Of a DNA stretch of 64,000 bases, positions 11,464 to 22,095 are shown piece by piece. Every line of letters starts with the position of its first letter. Position 1 is the stretch's first letter. The notes beneath the pieces were generated by a model. That model did not search any database. It was not told the DNA's origin and saw only the letters and a list, made by a program, of their open reading frames with translations. The stretch is from an uncultured Gemmatimonadales bacterium. GTDB lineage: Bacteria; Gemmatimonadota; Gemmatimonadetes; Gemmatimonadales; GWC2-71-9. The position numbers were made by a program, and so were the translations under genes. Location of the stretch: positions 160,742 to 224,741 of the forward strand of contig CAWBVP010000015.1 in the NCBI GenBank assembly GCA_963792265.1, given 5' to 3'.

Positions 11464-12832
11464 ATGAAGCAGGTTGCCGCCGGTCTGATCGCGGTGCTCG
11501 TTGCATCGGTCCTGGGCGGCCCGGTGCCCGGACGCTCGCGGCCCAGGATTCGACTGCGGTCGCGGCGGACACGACGCCGCCTCACGACACCACCTTCGTG
11601 GTCGATAAGGTGGTGGCGGTCGTCGGCAACCGGCCGGTGCTCGCATCGCAGGTGGACGAGGAGATCTTCTCCCGCCAGTCCCAGGGCGCCAAGCTGCCGA
11701 CGGATCCGGCAGGACTCCAGTCGGTCCGGCAGGAGATCGTCTCCTCCATCATCGATGAAGAGCTGCTGCTGCAGCAGGCCCAGCGGGATACCTCCATTCA
11801 CGTGACCGATGAGGAGATCGCCAAGCGGAGTGGATGAGCAGGTCAAGAAGGTCCGGACCAACTTCACGTCCGAAGTGGATTATGCGGCCGAGCTGAAGAA
11901 GGCCGGGTTCCAGACTCCGGAGGAATACCGCCGCTGGCTGACCGATCAGCAGCGCCGGGCCGCGTACCAGAATCGGCTGGTCGAAAAGCTGCGCAATGAA
12001 GGAAAGCTGAAGCCGGTCTCGCCCACCGAGAAGGAGATGAAGCAGTTCTTCGACGAGCAGAAGGGCAGTCTCGGCACTCGACCGGCCACCATCTCCTTCC
12101 GTCAGGTGGTGATCACTCCCACGCCCTCGGCGGCCGCCAAGGCCAAGACCCAGGCCCAGGCCGACTCCATCGTGCTGGAGCTGCGCCGGGGAGCGGACTT
12201 CGCCACCGCCGCGCGCCGGTTCTCCCAGGATCCGGGCTCGAAGGATCAGGGCGGTTCGCTCAACTGGTTCCGCCGCGGGGTGATGGTGCCCGAGTTCGAG
12301 CGGGTGGCGTTCGCGCTCAAGCCCGGCGTGGTGTCCGATCCGGTCGAGTCGCCGTTCGGGTACCACATCATCCAGGTCGAGCGGGTGCAGCCCGGCGAGG
12401 TTCAGGCCCGCCACATCCTGCTGGTCCCGGAGATCGACTCGGCCCACGTCGACAGCGCGCGAGCCGTGGCCGACACGGTGCACGAGGCGCTGGTGGCGGG
12501 CGCCCCGTTCGACTCGCTGCAGCGACTCTACCACGACCGCTCCGCCGAGCGCGATGCGGACAACGTGCCGGTGACCAAGCTGCCGGAGAGCTACGCCAAG
12601 GCGATCGGGGAGTGCCGACTCCGGAACGATGCTGCCGGTCTTCACCATGCCCGGCTCCGGTGGCCGCGACCAGTTCGTCGTGCTCGCAGGTGACCGACGC
12701 GACGGCCCGAAGGCGCCATCAGGCTACGATGACGTGCGGGACCGCATTCGCGAGCAGCTGGGCCAGCAGCTCGCCATCCGTCGCTACCTCGACCGGCTGC
12801 GAAAGGCGACCTACGTCGAGATCAGGTCCTGA
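11464..12832 (+). CDS. SurA-like periplasmic chaperone/PPIase; at least 3 frame breaks (~11530, ~11825, ~12612)
   Basis: Signal MKQVAAGLIAVLVAS and SurA_N-like VDKVVAVVGNRPVLASQVDEEIF. The parvulin core is FSQDPGSKDQGGSLNWFRRGVMVPEFERVAFALKPGVVSDPVESPFGYHIIQVE, and the C-terminus is DVRDRIREQLGQQLAIRRYLDRLRKATYVEIRS. Confidence 0.8.
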
Positions 12833-13790
12833 CGGGAGCCGCGACTGGCGGTCGCGCTGGGCGACCCCCGCGGCATCGGTCCCGAGATCACGGCTCGCGC
12901 ACTGGCTCAGCCGTTGGACGCCGACATCACCGTGATCGGGGCGGAAGACCAGATCGCTTCAATCGATGCCGGCACAGCAGGATCGCGGTGGGATCCTGGG
13001 GGCTGGGCAGCGGTGACGCCAGTCCCGATCGCAACCGGATCATCCGGGCCGGCCGCATCGCCGGACACGCGGTCGAGACGGCCGCAAAGCTGGCCCTCAG
13101 TGGCGAAGTCGACGCCATCGTCACCGCTCCCGCCCACAAGCACGCCCTCCACCTCGCCGGCTTTCCCTACCCCGGTCACACCGAATGGCTGGCCCAGCTC
13201 GCCGGCGGCGTGGACGTGGCCATGATGCTGGCGGCCGAGCCAGCCGCCGGATGATCCGGCGGAGCATCCCTTGCGGGTGGTGCTCGTGACCACCCACGTC
13301 CCGTTCCGCGATGTGCCTGCCCTGCTCACGGTGGAGCGGGTGGTTCGGACCGGGCAAGATCGTGGAGCGATCGCTGCGGGAATGGTGGGGTATCGCGCGC
13401 CCCCGCATCGCCGTCTGCGCGCTGAATCCGCACGCCGGCGAGTCGGGCCTCTTCGGCGACGAGGAGGAGCGGGTGCTGACTCCCGCGGCAAAGGAGCTCG
13501 GCGCCGCCGGCCCGCTGCCGGCCGATACCGTGTTCGTCCGCGCGCTGCGGGGCGAGTTCGACGCGGTGCTCGCGCCCTATCACGACGTGGGAATGACCGC
13601 CATCAAGGTGGCCGCGTTCGGCCGGGCGGTGAACGTCACGTTGGGATTGCCGTTCCCCCGGACGTCACCGGATCACGGCACGGCGCTCGACATCGCGGGC
13701 ACCGGAAAGGCCGACGCGTCGAGTATGCGTGCGGCGATAGAGTTGGCGTTGAGATTGGCGCGTCGGAAGGCGGCAGCAGTTGCGGGTAGC
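12829..13790 (+). CDS. pdxA: 4-hydroxythreonine-4-phosphate dehydrogenase PdxA; at least 3 frame breaks; both ends approximate
   Basis: LAVALGDPRGIGPEITARAL, AGHAVETAAKLALSGEVDAIVTAPAHKHALHLAGFPYPGHTEWLA, VVLVTTHVPFRDVP, IAVCALNPHAGESGLFG, APYHDVGMTAIK and SPDHGTALDIAGTGKAD are spread over three plus frames. Confidence 0.85.
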
Positions 13791-13983
13791 CGAGTGACGG
13801 TGATTAGCAGGGCTGGGAGCTGCTCCGGCGCGCAGTTCGCTGACACAGGCCGTACATCCGGCTCACTGAGCTCCGCGACCACCGAATGCCCAGTTGCAGC
13901 AGACGGAGTCCTCGCTACCCAGCCGTCAGTGAGCAGCTGACTCCTGCAAGACCAACGTCAGTCGCGACCACGCTCGGCTTCAG

Positions 13984-14616
13984 CTAGACTAGCGGCACCC
14001 TCTCCAACCGCTCCATCAAATCCAGATACGCATCCAGCTTCAGCTTCTGACTCGCCCGATTAGCCACCAGCACCGCCCCGCACTGCAGGATCGTCTCCCG
14101 CTCCACCAGCCCGTTGGCCCGCAGCGTGTTTCCGGTGTCCACCAGATCCACGATCCAGTGCGACAGATTCAGCAGCGGAGCCACCTCGACCGATCCGCCC
14201 ACCTGAATGATGTCCACCGGCCGGCCGGCCGCGGCGAAGAACGCCTGCGCCAGCCGGGGATACTTCGTCGCCACGCGCGCCGTGACGCCGCCTGGCAACG
14301 CCGGATACGGCGCCGCCGCCGGTGTTGCCACCACCAGCCGGCAAAACCCGAACTGCAGCTCCAGCGGCTCCAGCACGTCCGCGCCGCTCTCTCGCAGCAC
14401 GTCGGTCCCGGTGATCCCCAGATCCGCTGCCCCCGACTCCACGTACACCGGCACATCGCCCGGCTTCACCACCAGGAACTCGATCGACGGATCGCTCGAC
14501 GGGATCAGCAGCTTGCGTCCTCCGTCGTCGCTGATCGCGACCCCCGCCGAGCGGAACCGTGCCACCGATGGCTCGAACAGGCGGCCCTTGGCCAGCGCTA
14601 CCCGCATCCGGCTCAC
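13984..14616 (-). CDS. hisG: ATP phosphoribosyltransferase, short form
   Basis: Intact 210-aa ORF with RVALAKGRL, VKPGDVPVYVESGAADLGITGTDVL and IVDLVDTGNTLRANGL. The start overlaps the hisZ stop. Confidence 0.95.
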   Translation of the reverse strand: MSRMRVALAKGRLFEPSVARFRSAGVAISDDGGRKLLIPSSDPSIEFLVVKPGDVPVYVESGAADLGITGTDVLRESGADVLEPLELQFGFCRLVVATPAAAPYPALPGGVTARVATKYPRLAQAFFAAAGRPVDIIQVGGSVEVAPLLNLSHWIVDLVDTGNTLRANGLVERETILQCGAVLVANRASQKLKLDAYLDLMERLERVPLV

Positions 14617-15572
14617 ACCGCCACCTCGGCGATCGTATCGAGGTCCAGCGACACTCCCACCGCGGGCATCGGCCGGCCGAATCGCCCCATCAGATCGTCA
14701 TAGCGTCCGCCCGCCCCGCGGCTCGACCGGCTCCCGCCACGAAGAGCTCGAAGTGGATCCCGGTGTAGTAGTCCAGCCCGCGGACCTCTCCCAGATCGTA
14801 CACCACGTGGGTGCGCTCGTAGGCGCTCAACGCCGCATCGAGAGCCAGCAGGTGTTCCAGCCCCCGCTGCGACGCCGGCGGAGCGGTACCGACGGCCTCT
14901 TCCAGCGCATCCCGGCGGCCGATCACGAACGGTAGGGTGGTGAGCGCGCAGGCGTCGCCCGACAAGTGGGCCACGGCGCGGCGCAGGCTGCCCCGATCCT
15001 TCCGGTCGATCCAGCGGCGCACGTCGCTTCGGAGCGGCTCCTCGATGGCCTCGAGTCCGGCAGCGAGCACGCCGACGTGGCCCAGATTCAGCTGAAAATC
15101 CCGCAGACCCGCGGCTGACAGGAGGCCGAGCGTCAGTCGGACGATCTCGACATCCGCCTGCGAGATCGCCCTGGCCCAGCAGCTCGGCGCCGACCTGAAG
15201 CATCTCGCGGGGCCTGCCGCCCGCTCCGGCTCCTGCCGGTACACCATGCCCGAATAGCACAGCCGGAGCGGCCGGGTGGCGCTGGAGAATGTCGTCGCCG
15301 CCACCCGGGCCAGGCTGGCGGTGAAGTCGTAGCGCAGCGCCAGAATCCGCCCGTCCCGGTCGGGGAACCGCACCAGCCGCTCGGCGACACCGGGGCCACC
15401 CGCCCGGAGGAAGGTGTCCTCGTACTCGAAGGTGGGCGGGATCAGCTCCTCGTAGCCGGCCTGCTCCAGCGCACCCATGGCCGCGTGCTGCAGCCGCGCG
15501 CCGGCGGCGCACTGCCTCGCCCGTGAGGTCGAGGGACCCTGGCGGGATCGCCGCAATGGATGAAGGGAACAT
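14613..15572 (-). CDS. hisZ: ATP phosphoribosyltransferase regulatory subunit HisZ; at least 3 frame breaks
   Basis: HisRS-like segments without an anticodon domain: ALEQAGYEELIPPTFEYEDTF, ILALRYDFTASLAR, RLCYSGMVYR, MLQVGAELLGQG, VRGLDYYTGIHFELF and GGRYDDLMGRFGRPMPAVGVSLDLD. Lies directly upstream of hisG. Confidence 0.85.
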   Translation of the reverse strand: MFPSSIAAIPPGSLDLTGEAVRRRRAAAARGHGCAGAGRLRGADPAHLRVRGHLPPGGWPRCRRAAGAVPRPGRADSGAALRLHRQPGPGGGDDILQRHPAAPAVLFGHGVPAGAGAGGRPREMLQVGAELLGQGDLAGGCRDRPTDARPPVSRGSAGFSAESGPRRRARCRTRGHRGAAPKRRAPLDRPEGSGQPAPRRGPLVGRRLRAHHPTVRDRPPGCAGRGRRYRSAGVAAGAGTPAGSRCGVERLRAHPRGVRSGRGPRAGLLHRDPLRALRGGSRSSRGAGGRYDDLMGRFGRPMPAVGVSLDLDTIAEVAV

Positions 15573-15581
15573 CAGGCGGGT

Positions 15582-16915
15582 TTAGCCGTCGCGTCTACTT
15601 CCTCGGGGCGGGCGGCATGCAGCCGGACCGTCTTCACTCGCCGCCCATCCATCTCGATGACCTCGAAGGTGAACGGCCCCACGGTCACCCGGTCGCCCAC
15701 CCGGGGCAGCCGGCCGAGCTGGCCGAAGATGTAGCCGCCGATGGTGGTGTAGTCGGTGTCGTCCAGCTGCGCCCCGTACTGGCGAGTTGAACTCCGAGAT
15801 CGGCATCGAGCCGTCCAGCCGGGGACCGCCCTCGTCGGGTCCGGCCCGGTCCTGCTCGTCGTGCTCGTCGTAGATCGGCCCCACGATCTCTTCCAGCAGG
15901 TCTTCCATGGTCACCAGTCCCGCCGTGCCGCCGTACTCGTCGAGCACGAGGGCCAGGTGGGTCTTGAGCCGCTTCATGTCGGCCAGCACGTCTTCCACTT
16001 CGCGAGTGCCGGGCACGAAGAGCGGCGGACGCATGATGACCCGGATCGTCTGACCCGGGCGGGACCGGAGTGCCGCCAGAATGTCCTTGGCGTGCACCAC
16101 GCCGATGATGTCGTCCAGCGACTCGGTGTAGGCCGGATAGCGCGACCGGCCGTGAATCGCCACCTGGTCGGCGGCCTCCTCGACCGTGAGATCGGCCTCC
16201 AGCGCCGCCATCTGGGTCCGGGGCGTCATCACCTCCTGCGCGGTCTTCTCGCTGAACTCGAATACGCCCTCCAGCAGGCGGGCATCCTCCTGCAGCAGGC
16301 TGCCGCCCTCCTGGCTCTGCTCCACCAGCATGCGGAGCTCTTCCGGCGAATGGAGCCGCTCGCTCTCGCCCGGCGGTTTGATGCCCAGCAGCCGCAGCAG
16401 GCGGTTCGCGGTGCCGTAGAGGAGCGCGATCGGTCCCGACATGACCCAGGCGAACCCGATGAGCGGCGGAGTCAGCCACATGCTGACCGTTTCCGGGTAA
16501 ACCAGCGCGACCGCCTTGGGCACCAGCTCGCCCAGGATGATGTGCAGGATCGAGATGATGATGAAGGCGATGGCGGAGGCGACGCCGTGGGTGGCAATGG
16601 CGGCGAAGGTCTTGGGCAGCCAGCTGAATCCGTCTGCCGATCAGACCGGCCAGCGCCGGCTCGCCGATCCAGCCGAGGCCCAGGGAGGTGAGGGTGATGC
16701 CGAGCTGGGTGGCCGAGATGTAGCGGCCCAATGATTGTACCGCCCGGCGCGCCAGCCTAGCTTTGGCGTTGCCGCGCGGCTGCCAGCTCATCGAGCCGGG
16801 TTCGCCGAGCGCCCACCAGGGAGAATTCGGCCGCGACGAAGAAGGCGTTGGCGAGCACCAGAACGACGACGGCCACCAGGCCGAACACTATCGGAGGCGA
16901 CTCTGCCGGTTCCAT
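15582..16915 (-). CDS. HlyC/CorC-family transporter (DUF21-CBS pair-CorC_HlyC); at least 2 frame breaks
   Basis: N-terminus MEPAESPPIVFGLVAVVVLVLANAFFVAAEFSLV. The CBS region has EKTAQEVMTPRTQM and GVVHAKDIL, followed by HLALVLDEYGGTAGLVTMEDLLEEIVG. The C-terminal GYIFGQLGRLPRVGDRVTVGPFTFEVIEMDGRRV is in another frame. Confidence 0.9.
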
Positions 16916-16974
16916 ACGTCCAAAGTCTAGTCGCGCAACGCCTACCCTGCGAGGGCGCCCGCTGATCCGCCGGC

Positions 16975-18308
16975 ATGACGGTTCCGCCGTTCGAGGCCCT
17001 CGAGCCGTTCCTTCCCCGGCTCGCCGGCGCCGACCCGGACCACGCGCGCGTCGGTCGCCGAAATCCTCGGACGACGGTCCTCGCCCGGGGTGACGCCGCG
17101 GTGCGGGAGTACACCCGCCGGTTCGACGGCGTCGATCTCGCCGCCCGGCGACTGGGAGCTCGACTCGCTCGGCCTGGCAGAGTGCGCTCGAGCCGGATCT
17201 CCCCAGCCTTCGGGATGCGCTCACCCGCGCGGTCCAGCGGGTCAGCGAGTACCACCAGCGCCAGCGGGATGCCGGCTTCCACCTGGCCGAGCCCGATGGC
17301 AGCCTGGTCGGCATGAAGGTCATGCCGCTCGACCGGGTGGGTCTCTACGTCCCCGGCGGCAAGGCATCCTATCCCTCGTCGGTGGTGATGAATGCGGTGC
17401 CCGCTCTGGTGGCCGGGGTGCAGGAGATCATCGCGGTGGTGCCGCCCAGGGAGTCACCGACGCGGTGCTCGCCGCCTGCGCCCTGTCCGGGGTCACCCGG
17501 GTCTTCCGGGTCGGCGGGGCCCAGGCCATCGCCGCCCTGGCCTACGGGACCAGGACCATCCCCCGGGTGGACAAGATCGTGGGGCCGGGAAACCGCTGGG
17601 TGGCGGAGGCCAAGCGGCAGGTGGTGGGCCGGGTGGGGATCGACATGATCGCGGGACCCACCGAAGTCCTCATCATTGCCGACGGGACCGCCCGGGCCGA
17701 ACGGGTCGCCGTGGACATGATCGCCCAGGCGGAGCACGACGAGGACGCCACCAGCTGGTGCGTCACCACCGACCCCGATCTCGCCTCGGCGCTGCCCGGC
17801 CGCGCTGGAGGATGCGCTCTGCCGGGCGCCCCGCGCGGCCATCGCTCGGGCGGCGCTGGAGCGGAACGGGCTCATCGTGCTGGCCGGCTCGATGCGAGAC
17901 GCCATCGAGATCGCCAACCGGCGGGCGCCGGAGCATCTCCAGATCGCCGCCGAGGGGGCGGAGCGGGTCGCCAGCTCGATCCGGAACGCCGGCGCCATCT
18001 TCCTGGGAGACGACACCCCCGAGCCGGTGGGAGACTACCTCGCCGGGCCCAGCCACGTGCTGCCCACCGCCGGCACCGCCCGCTACGCCTCGCCCCTCGG
18101 GGTGTACGACTTCGTGAAGCGGACCAGCGTGATCCGGTATTCTCGGGACCGGCTGGCCAAGGACGCCGAGTGCGATCATTGCGCTGGCCGAGGCCGAGGG
18201 GCTGGACGGGCACGCGGAGGCGGTGAGGATGAGGGTGGGAGGGGAAGCGGGAAGCGGGTCAGCGGGGAAGCAGCGTGAGCGGGAAAGCCAGGAACGAAAA
18301 GGCAGCTA
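16975..18308 (+). CDS. hisD: Histidinol dehydrogenase; at least 5 frame breaks; 3' end reads through the G-rich repeat arm
   Basis: [143 protein letters not shown] and [13 protein letters not shown] are distributed over three frames. Confidence 0.9.
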
Positions 18309-18398
18309 GATTTAGGTATGGCTGAATCGAGTCTATCCCTGCGTGCCGACTGCACCTCCCTGCAGTCCCCGCGGTCCCCGCTGCCCCGCTGCCCCGCC
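18241..18398. repeat. Second inverted pair of the G-rich/C-rich octamer arrays, bracketing the hisD-CDF junction
   Basis: 18241-18275 reads GGGGAAGCGGGAAGCGGGTCAGCGGGGAAGCAGCG. 18367-18398 reads CCCCGCGGTCCCCGCTGCCCCGCTGCCCCGCC. The 17-nt core TGCCCCGCTGCCCCGCC (18382-18398) is identical to 1318-1334. Confidence 0.8.
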
Positions 18399-19284
18399 TG
18401 GGCTGGTGCTCGCCCTGACCATCCTCTTCATGGTGGTCGAGGTCGTCGGCGGGCTGGCTTAGCGGTTCCCTGGCGCTGCTGGCCGATGCCGGCCACATGC
18501 TGACCGATGCCGGGGCGCTGGGTCTCTCGCTGCTTGAGTGCCTGGATCGCCCTCCGCCCGGCCAACGAGAGCAAGACCTACGGCTATCAGCGCTGGGAGA
18601 TCCTGGCGGCGTTGATCAACGGCGCCGCGCTCTTCGGCATCGCCGCCTGGGTGGTGGTCGAGGCGATCCAGCGGATCCAGCACCCGGCTCCCATCCGGGC
18701 CGAGCTGTTCCTGGTCGTCGCCGCCGGCGGGCTGGTGGTGAATTTGATCAGCCTCAGCATTCTCCACGGCATGCGGCAGGGGAACCTCAACACCCGGGGC
18801 GCCTACCTCCACGTGCTGGGTGACGTCCTCGGATCGGTCGGTGCGCTGGCCGCGGCCGCCATCATCCTGCTCACCGGTTGGACCCTCGCCGATCCGATCG
18901 TTTCTGTCGCCCTGGCCCTGCTCATCCTGGTCGGCGCCTGGCGGCTCATGCGGGAGAGCACCGACATCCTGCTCGAGAGCCGTCCCCCGCGACGTCTCCA
19001 TCGCCGAAGTGCACCGCCGGATGCTCGGCGTCCCCGGGGTGACCGCGGTCCACGATCTCCACGTCTGGACCGTGACCAGCGGCATGGTCGCGATGAGCGG
19101 CCACGCCATCGTGCCCCAGCTGGCGTCCCATCCCGAGGTGCTGGAGGCGATCCGGGTCGAGATGGCCCGGCTCGGCATCGCGCACGTGACCATCCAGCTC
19201 GAGGTCCAGCACGAGTGCGAGGAGCCTCGGCCGTGGTGGGCTCCGCGCCGGCGCTCAGCATCACCACCCGGCCATAGTCACTAG
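18318..19284 (+). CDS. Cation diffusion facilitator (CzcD/ZitB-type) efflux transporter; at least 3 frame breaks; start uncertain
   Basis: LVLALTILFMVVEVVGGLA, then an in-frame TAG created by the TT run at 18469-18470. The gene continues SGSLALLADAGHMLTDAGALGLSLL, YGYQRWEILAALINGAALF, HVLGDVLGSVGAL, and the C-terminal domain VHDLHVWTVTSGMVAMSGH. Confidence 0.85.
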
Positions 19285-19483
19285 GCGACCACCCCGCCCA
19301 TCGCGGCCGCTAGCATCGGACCCCTCCGGACGCTGTAGGCGCTTCGACTACGAGATCTCGCAGAGGTGACGCGCAACGCGCCGTCAACGCGCCCTCCTGG
19401 CGACTCCTGTGCTGATCGTCCGTTCCCTCGACTCCCTCCGCGCACTACCCCAGTCTGTCCCCGCTCCTCTCCCGACTTATCTC

Positions 19484-19512
19484 TTGCGGCATCTGACGGC
19501 CTAGTCTATATA
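19484..19512 (+). promoter_or_regulatory. Possible sigma70-type promoter of typA
   Basis: TTGCGG (19484-19489), a 17-nt spacer, then TATATA (19507-19512). A 9-bp stem / 3-nt loop hairpin GAGGCCCGA-GCG-TCGGGCCTC follows in the leader at ~19522-19542. Confidence 0.3.
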
Positions 19513-19573
19513 TGCGCCGCGGAGGCCCGAGCGTCGGGCCTCAACCGTTCCGGTCATCTGCAGGAAGTGTGGA

Positions 19574-21421
19574 TTGATTCGTAACTTGGCCATCATCGCC
19601 CACGTCGATCACGGCAAGACCACCCTGGTGGATCAGATGCTCCGGCAGGCCGGAGCCTTCCGGGCCAACCAGCAGGTGGAAGAGCGGGTGATGGACTCCA
19701 ACCCGCTGGAGCGGGAGCGGGGCATCACCATCCTGGCCAAGAACACCGCCGTCCGGTGGCACGGCACCAAGATCAACATCGTGGACACCCCGGGCCACTC
19801 CGACTTCGGGGGCGAGGTGGAGCGGATCCTCCGGATGGTGGACGGGGTGCTGATCCTGGTGGACGCGGCCGAAGGGCCGATGCCGCAGACCCGGTTCGTC
19901 ACCCGGAAGGCTCTGGCGCTGGGTCTCCGTCCCATCGTGGCGATCAACAAGATCGACCGGTCCGATGCGGAGCCGCTCCGGGTGCACGACGAGGTCCTGG
20001 GTCTGTTCATCGACCTGGAGGCCACCCACGAGCAGCTGGACGCCCCCTTCCTTTATACGTCCAGCCGGTTCGGCACCGCCACGAAGGATCTGGAGAAGCC
20101 GGGCACCGATCTGGCCCCGCTGTTCCAGACCATTCTGGATTACGTCCCCGAGCCGAAGGGCGACCCCGAGGGTCCGTTCCAGATGCTGGTCTCGACCCTC
20201 GACTTCTCCAGCTTCATCGGCCGGATCGCCATCGGGCGGATCGAGCGGGGCCGGGTCCGGGTCGGGGACAACGTCGTCCTGCTCCCGCTGGGGGAGCCGG
20301 GGATGGTCCCCGAAGGCGAGAACGTCGAGCGGAACCGGGTCACCCGGCTCTACACCTTCGACGGGCTCAACCGGGTCGAGGTGCAGGAGGCGGAGGCCGG
20401 AGACATCGTCGCCCTCTCCGGCTTCGAGACCATCGAGATCGGCAAGACCTTCACCTCGGTGGACGTGCCGGAGCGGATGGAGGGGATCGCGGTGGAGGAG
20501 CCCACCATCTCGGTGGACTTCATCGTCAACAACGGTCCCTTCGCCGGGCGGGACGGGAAGTACGTCACCAGCCGCCAGCTCAAGGACCGGCTCTATCGCG
20601 AGCTGGAGCGCAACGTGGCGCTCCGGGTGGAGGAGACCGACAGCCCCGACACCCACACCGTCTCCGGCCGGGGCGAGCTCCACCTCGGCATCCTGATGGA
20701 GACCATGCGGCGGGAGGGGTTCGAGTTCCAGGTCTCCCGGCCCCGGGTCATCACCAAGCTGGGTCCCGACGGGGAGCGGCTGGAGCCGTACGAGGAGCTC
20801 ATGATCGATGTGCCTGAGGACTACATGGGCGTCGTCATGGAGAAGCTGGGGCCCCGCCGGACCGAGATGATCGAGATGAAGAACCCGGGGCAGGGCATGG
20901 TCCGGATGAGCTTCCGGATTCCGGCCCGGGGACTCTTCGGCTATCGCTCCGAGTTCCTGACCGACACCCGGGGCACCGGGATCATGCATCACCGGTTCCT
21001 GGATTACGGGCCCTGGGCCGGCCCGCTGGCGGGGCGGAAGCGCGGCGTGCTGATCGCCGACCGGGAGGGATCGGTGGTGGCCTTTGCCCTGGGCAACCTG
21101 CAGGAGCGGGCCCAGATGTTCGTGGAGCCGGGCGACCTGGTGTACGAGGGCATGATCGCGGGCGAGAACTCCCGCCCCGGCGACCTGGACGTCAACGTGA
21201 CGAAGGAAAAGAAGCTCAGCAACATGCGGACGACGGCCTCGGACGACAACGTCATCCTGGAGCCGCCCCGCGAGATCACCCTCGAGTATGCCCTCGAGTA
21301 CATCGAGGAAGACGAGCTCATCGAGGTCACGCCGAAGACCATCCGCCTCCGCAAGCGGGTCCTCCCGGCGAACGATCGCAAGAAAGCCGCCCGGGCCGCC
21401 CGGGTGGCGGACGCGTCGTAG
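19574..21421 (+). CDS. typA: Translational GTPase TypA/BipA
   Basis: Intact 615-aa ORF with a TTG start. Contains [36 protein letters not shown] and NKIDR, plus EF-G-like domains. Confidence 0.95.
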   Translation: MIRNLAIIAHVDHGKTTLVDQMLRQAGAFRANQQVEERVMDSNPLERERGITILAKNTAVRWHGTKINIVDTPGHSDFGGEVERILRMVDGVLILVDAAEGPMPQTRFVTRKALALGLRPIVAINKIDRSDAEPLRVHDEVLGLFIDLEATHEQLDAPFLYTSSRFGTATKDLEKPGTDLAPLFQTILDYVPEPKGDPEGPFQMLVSTLDFSSFIGRIAIGRIERGRVRVGDNVVLLPLGEPGMVPEGENVERNRVTRLYTFDGLNRVEVQEAEAGDIVALSGFETIEIGKTFTSVDVPERMEGIAVEEPTISVDFIVNNGPFAGRDGKYVTSRQLKDRLYRELERNVALRVEETDSPDTHTVSGRGELHLGILMETMRREGFEFQVSRPRVITKLGPDGERLEPYEELMIDVPEDYMGVVMEKLGPRRTEMIEMKNPGQGMVRMSFRIPARGLFGYRSEFLTDTRGTGIMHHRFLDYGPWAGPLAGRKRGVLIADREGSVVAFALGNLQERAQMFVEPGDLVYEGMIAGENSRPGDLDVNVTKEKKLSNMRTTASDDNVILEPPREITLEYALEYIEEDELIEVTPKTIRLRKRVLPANDRKKAARAARVADAS

Positions 21422-21443
21422 AGTCGCATGCTTTATCTCTCTG

Positions 21444-21675
21444 ATGGCGGAGGACATCATGTGGGCCTGGGAGACGTCGGTGGAACCCGTGGACCTGCGT
21501 CGGAAGTTCGATGACGACGAAGACGAGTTCGAGGATGACGGGTTTACCTTCGACGATGATGATGAGGACGACGAGGACCTGGACGACGAGCGACGAGCTC
21601 GACGACGAGGACGATCTCGACGAGGAGGAGCTGGAGGAGTTCGAGGACTTCGACGAGGACGAGGAGCTGCGCTGA
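21444..21675 (+). CDS. Small highly acidic protein (D/E-rich); one probable frame break near 21590
   Basis: MAEDIMWAWETSVEPVDLRRKFDDDEDEFEDDGFTFDDDDEDDEDLDDE, then ELDDEDDLDEEELEEFEDFDEDEELR-stop in the +1 frame. The unshifted frame would run into the tRNA. Confidence 0.45.
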
Positions 21676-21697
21676 AGCCGGCGCGGCCCCGATTATC

Positions 21698-21726
21698 TTG
21701 CGTCAGGGCAGGCGGGCGGCTATTCT
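21698..21726 (+). promoter_or_regulatory. Possible promoter of tRNA-Ile
   Basis: TTGCGT (21698-21703), a 17-nt spacer, then TATTCT (21721-21726). It ends 14 nt before the tRNA 5' end. Confidence 0.35.
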
Positions 21727-21740
21727 CCGTTCCGCCGGAA

Positions 21741-21814
<74 letters not shown>

Positions 21815-21829
21815 TATTTCAGAACTGAT

Positions 21830-21867
21830 GCCCCGCTTGGTGTTTGATGCTGGGCGGGGCTTCTCTT
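21830..21867 (+). terminator. Hairpin plus T-rich tail after tRNA-Ile
   Basis: GCCCCGC (21830-21836) pairs with GCGGGGC (21854-21860), followed by TTCTCTT. Confidence 0.6.
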
Positions 21868-21917
21868 ATGTCCTCGCCCGCCATGTTTTGCACGAGTTCG
21901 TGCTCATGCTTCGAGCC

Positions 21918-22036
21918 GGACCGAGAACGTGAGCTTCGTCGCCGCCGGCGCGGTGGATCCTTCTGGGATGTGCACGCGGCCAAGAATACCGACGACGTGA
22001 AGGGCACCCATCCCAGCCGGACAGTCGAGAACGCGT
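21918..22036 (-). pseudogene. Truncated 5' fragment of a paralog of the PD40 lipoprotein gene; start codon lost
   Basis: 21918-22076 aligns with 23268-23449 at roughly 75% identity by eye. The alignment covers the 5' UTR, the signal peptide/lipobox (..FLAACTS) and the sequence up to ..LTFSV. ATG is replaced by ACG, and homology stops abruptly at 21918. Confidence 0.7.
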
Positions 22037-22095
22037 GGCTACCTCTCCGAGGTCGACGCGTGAGACCCACGGTTACGGGAGCGGAAGCGGGTGGC

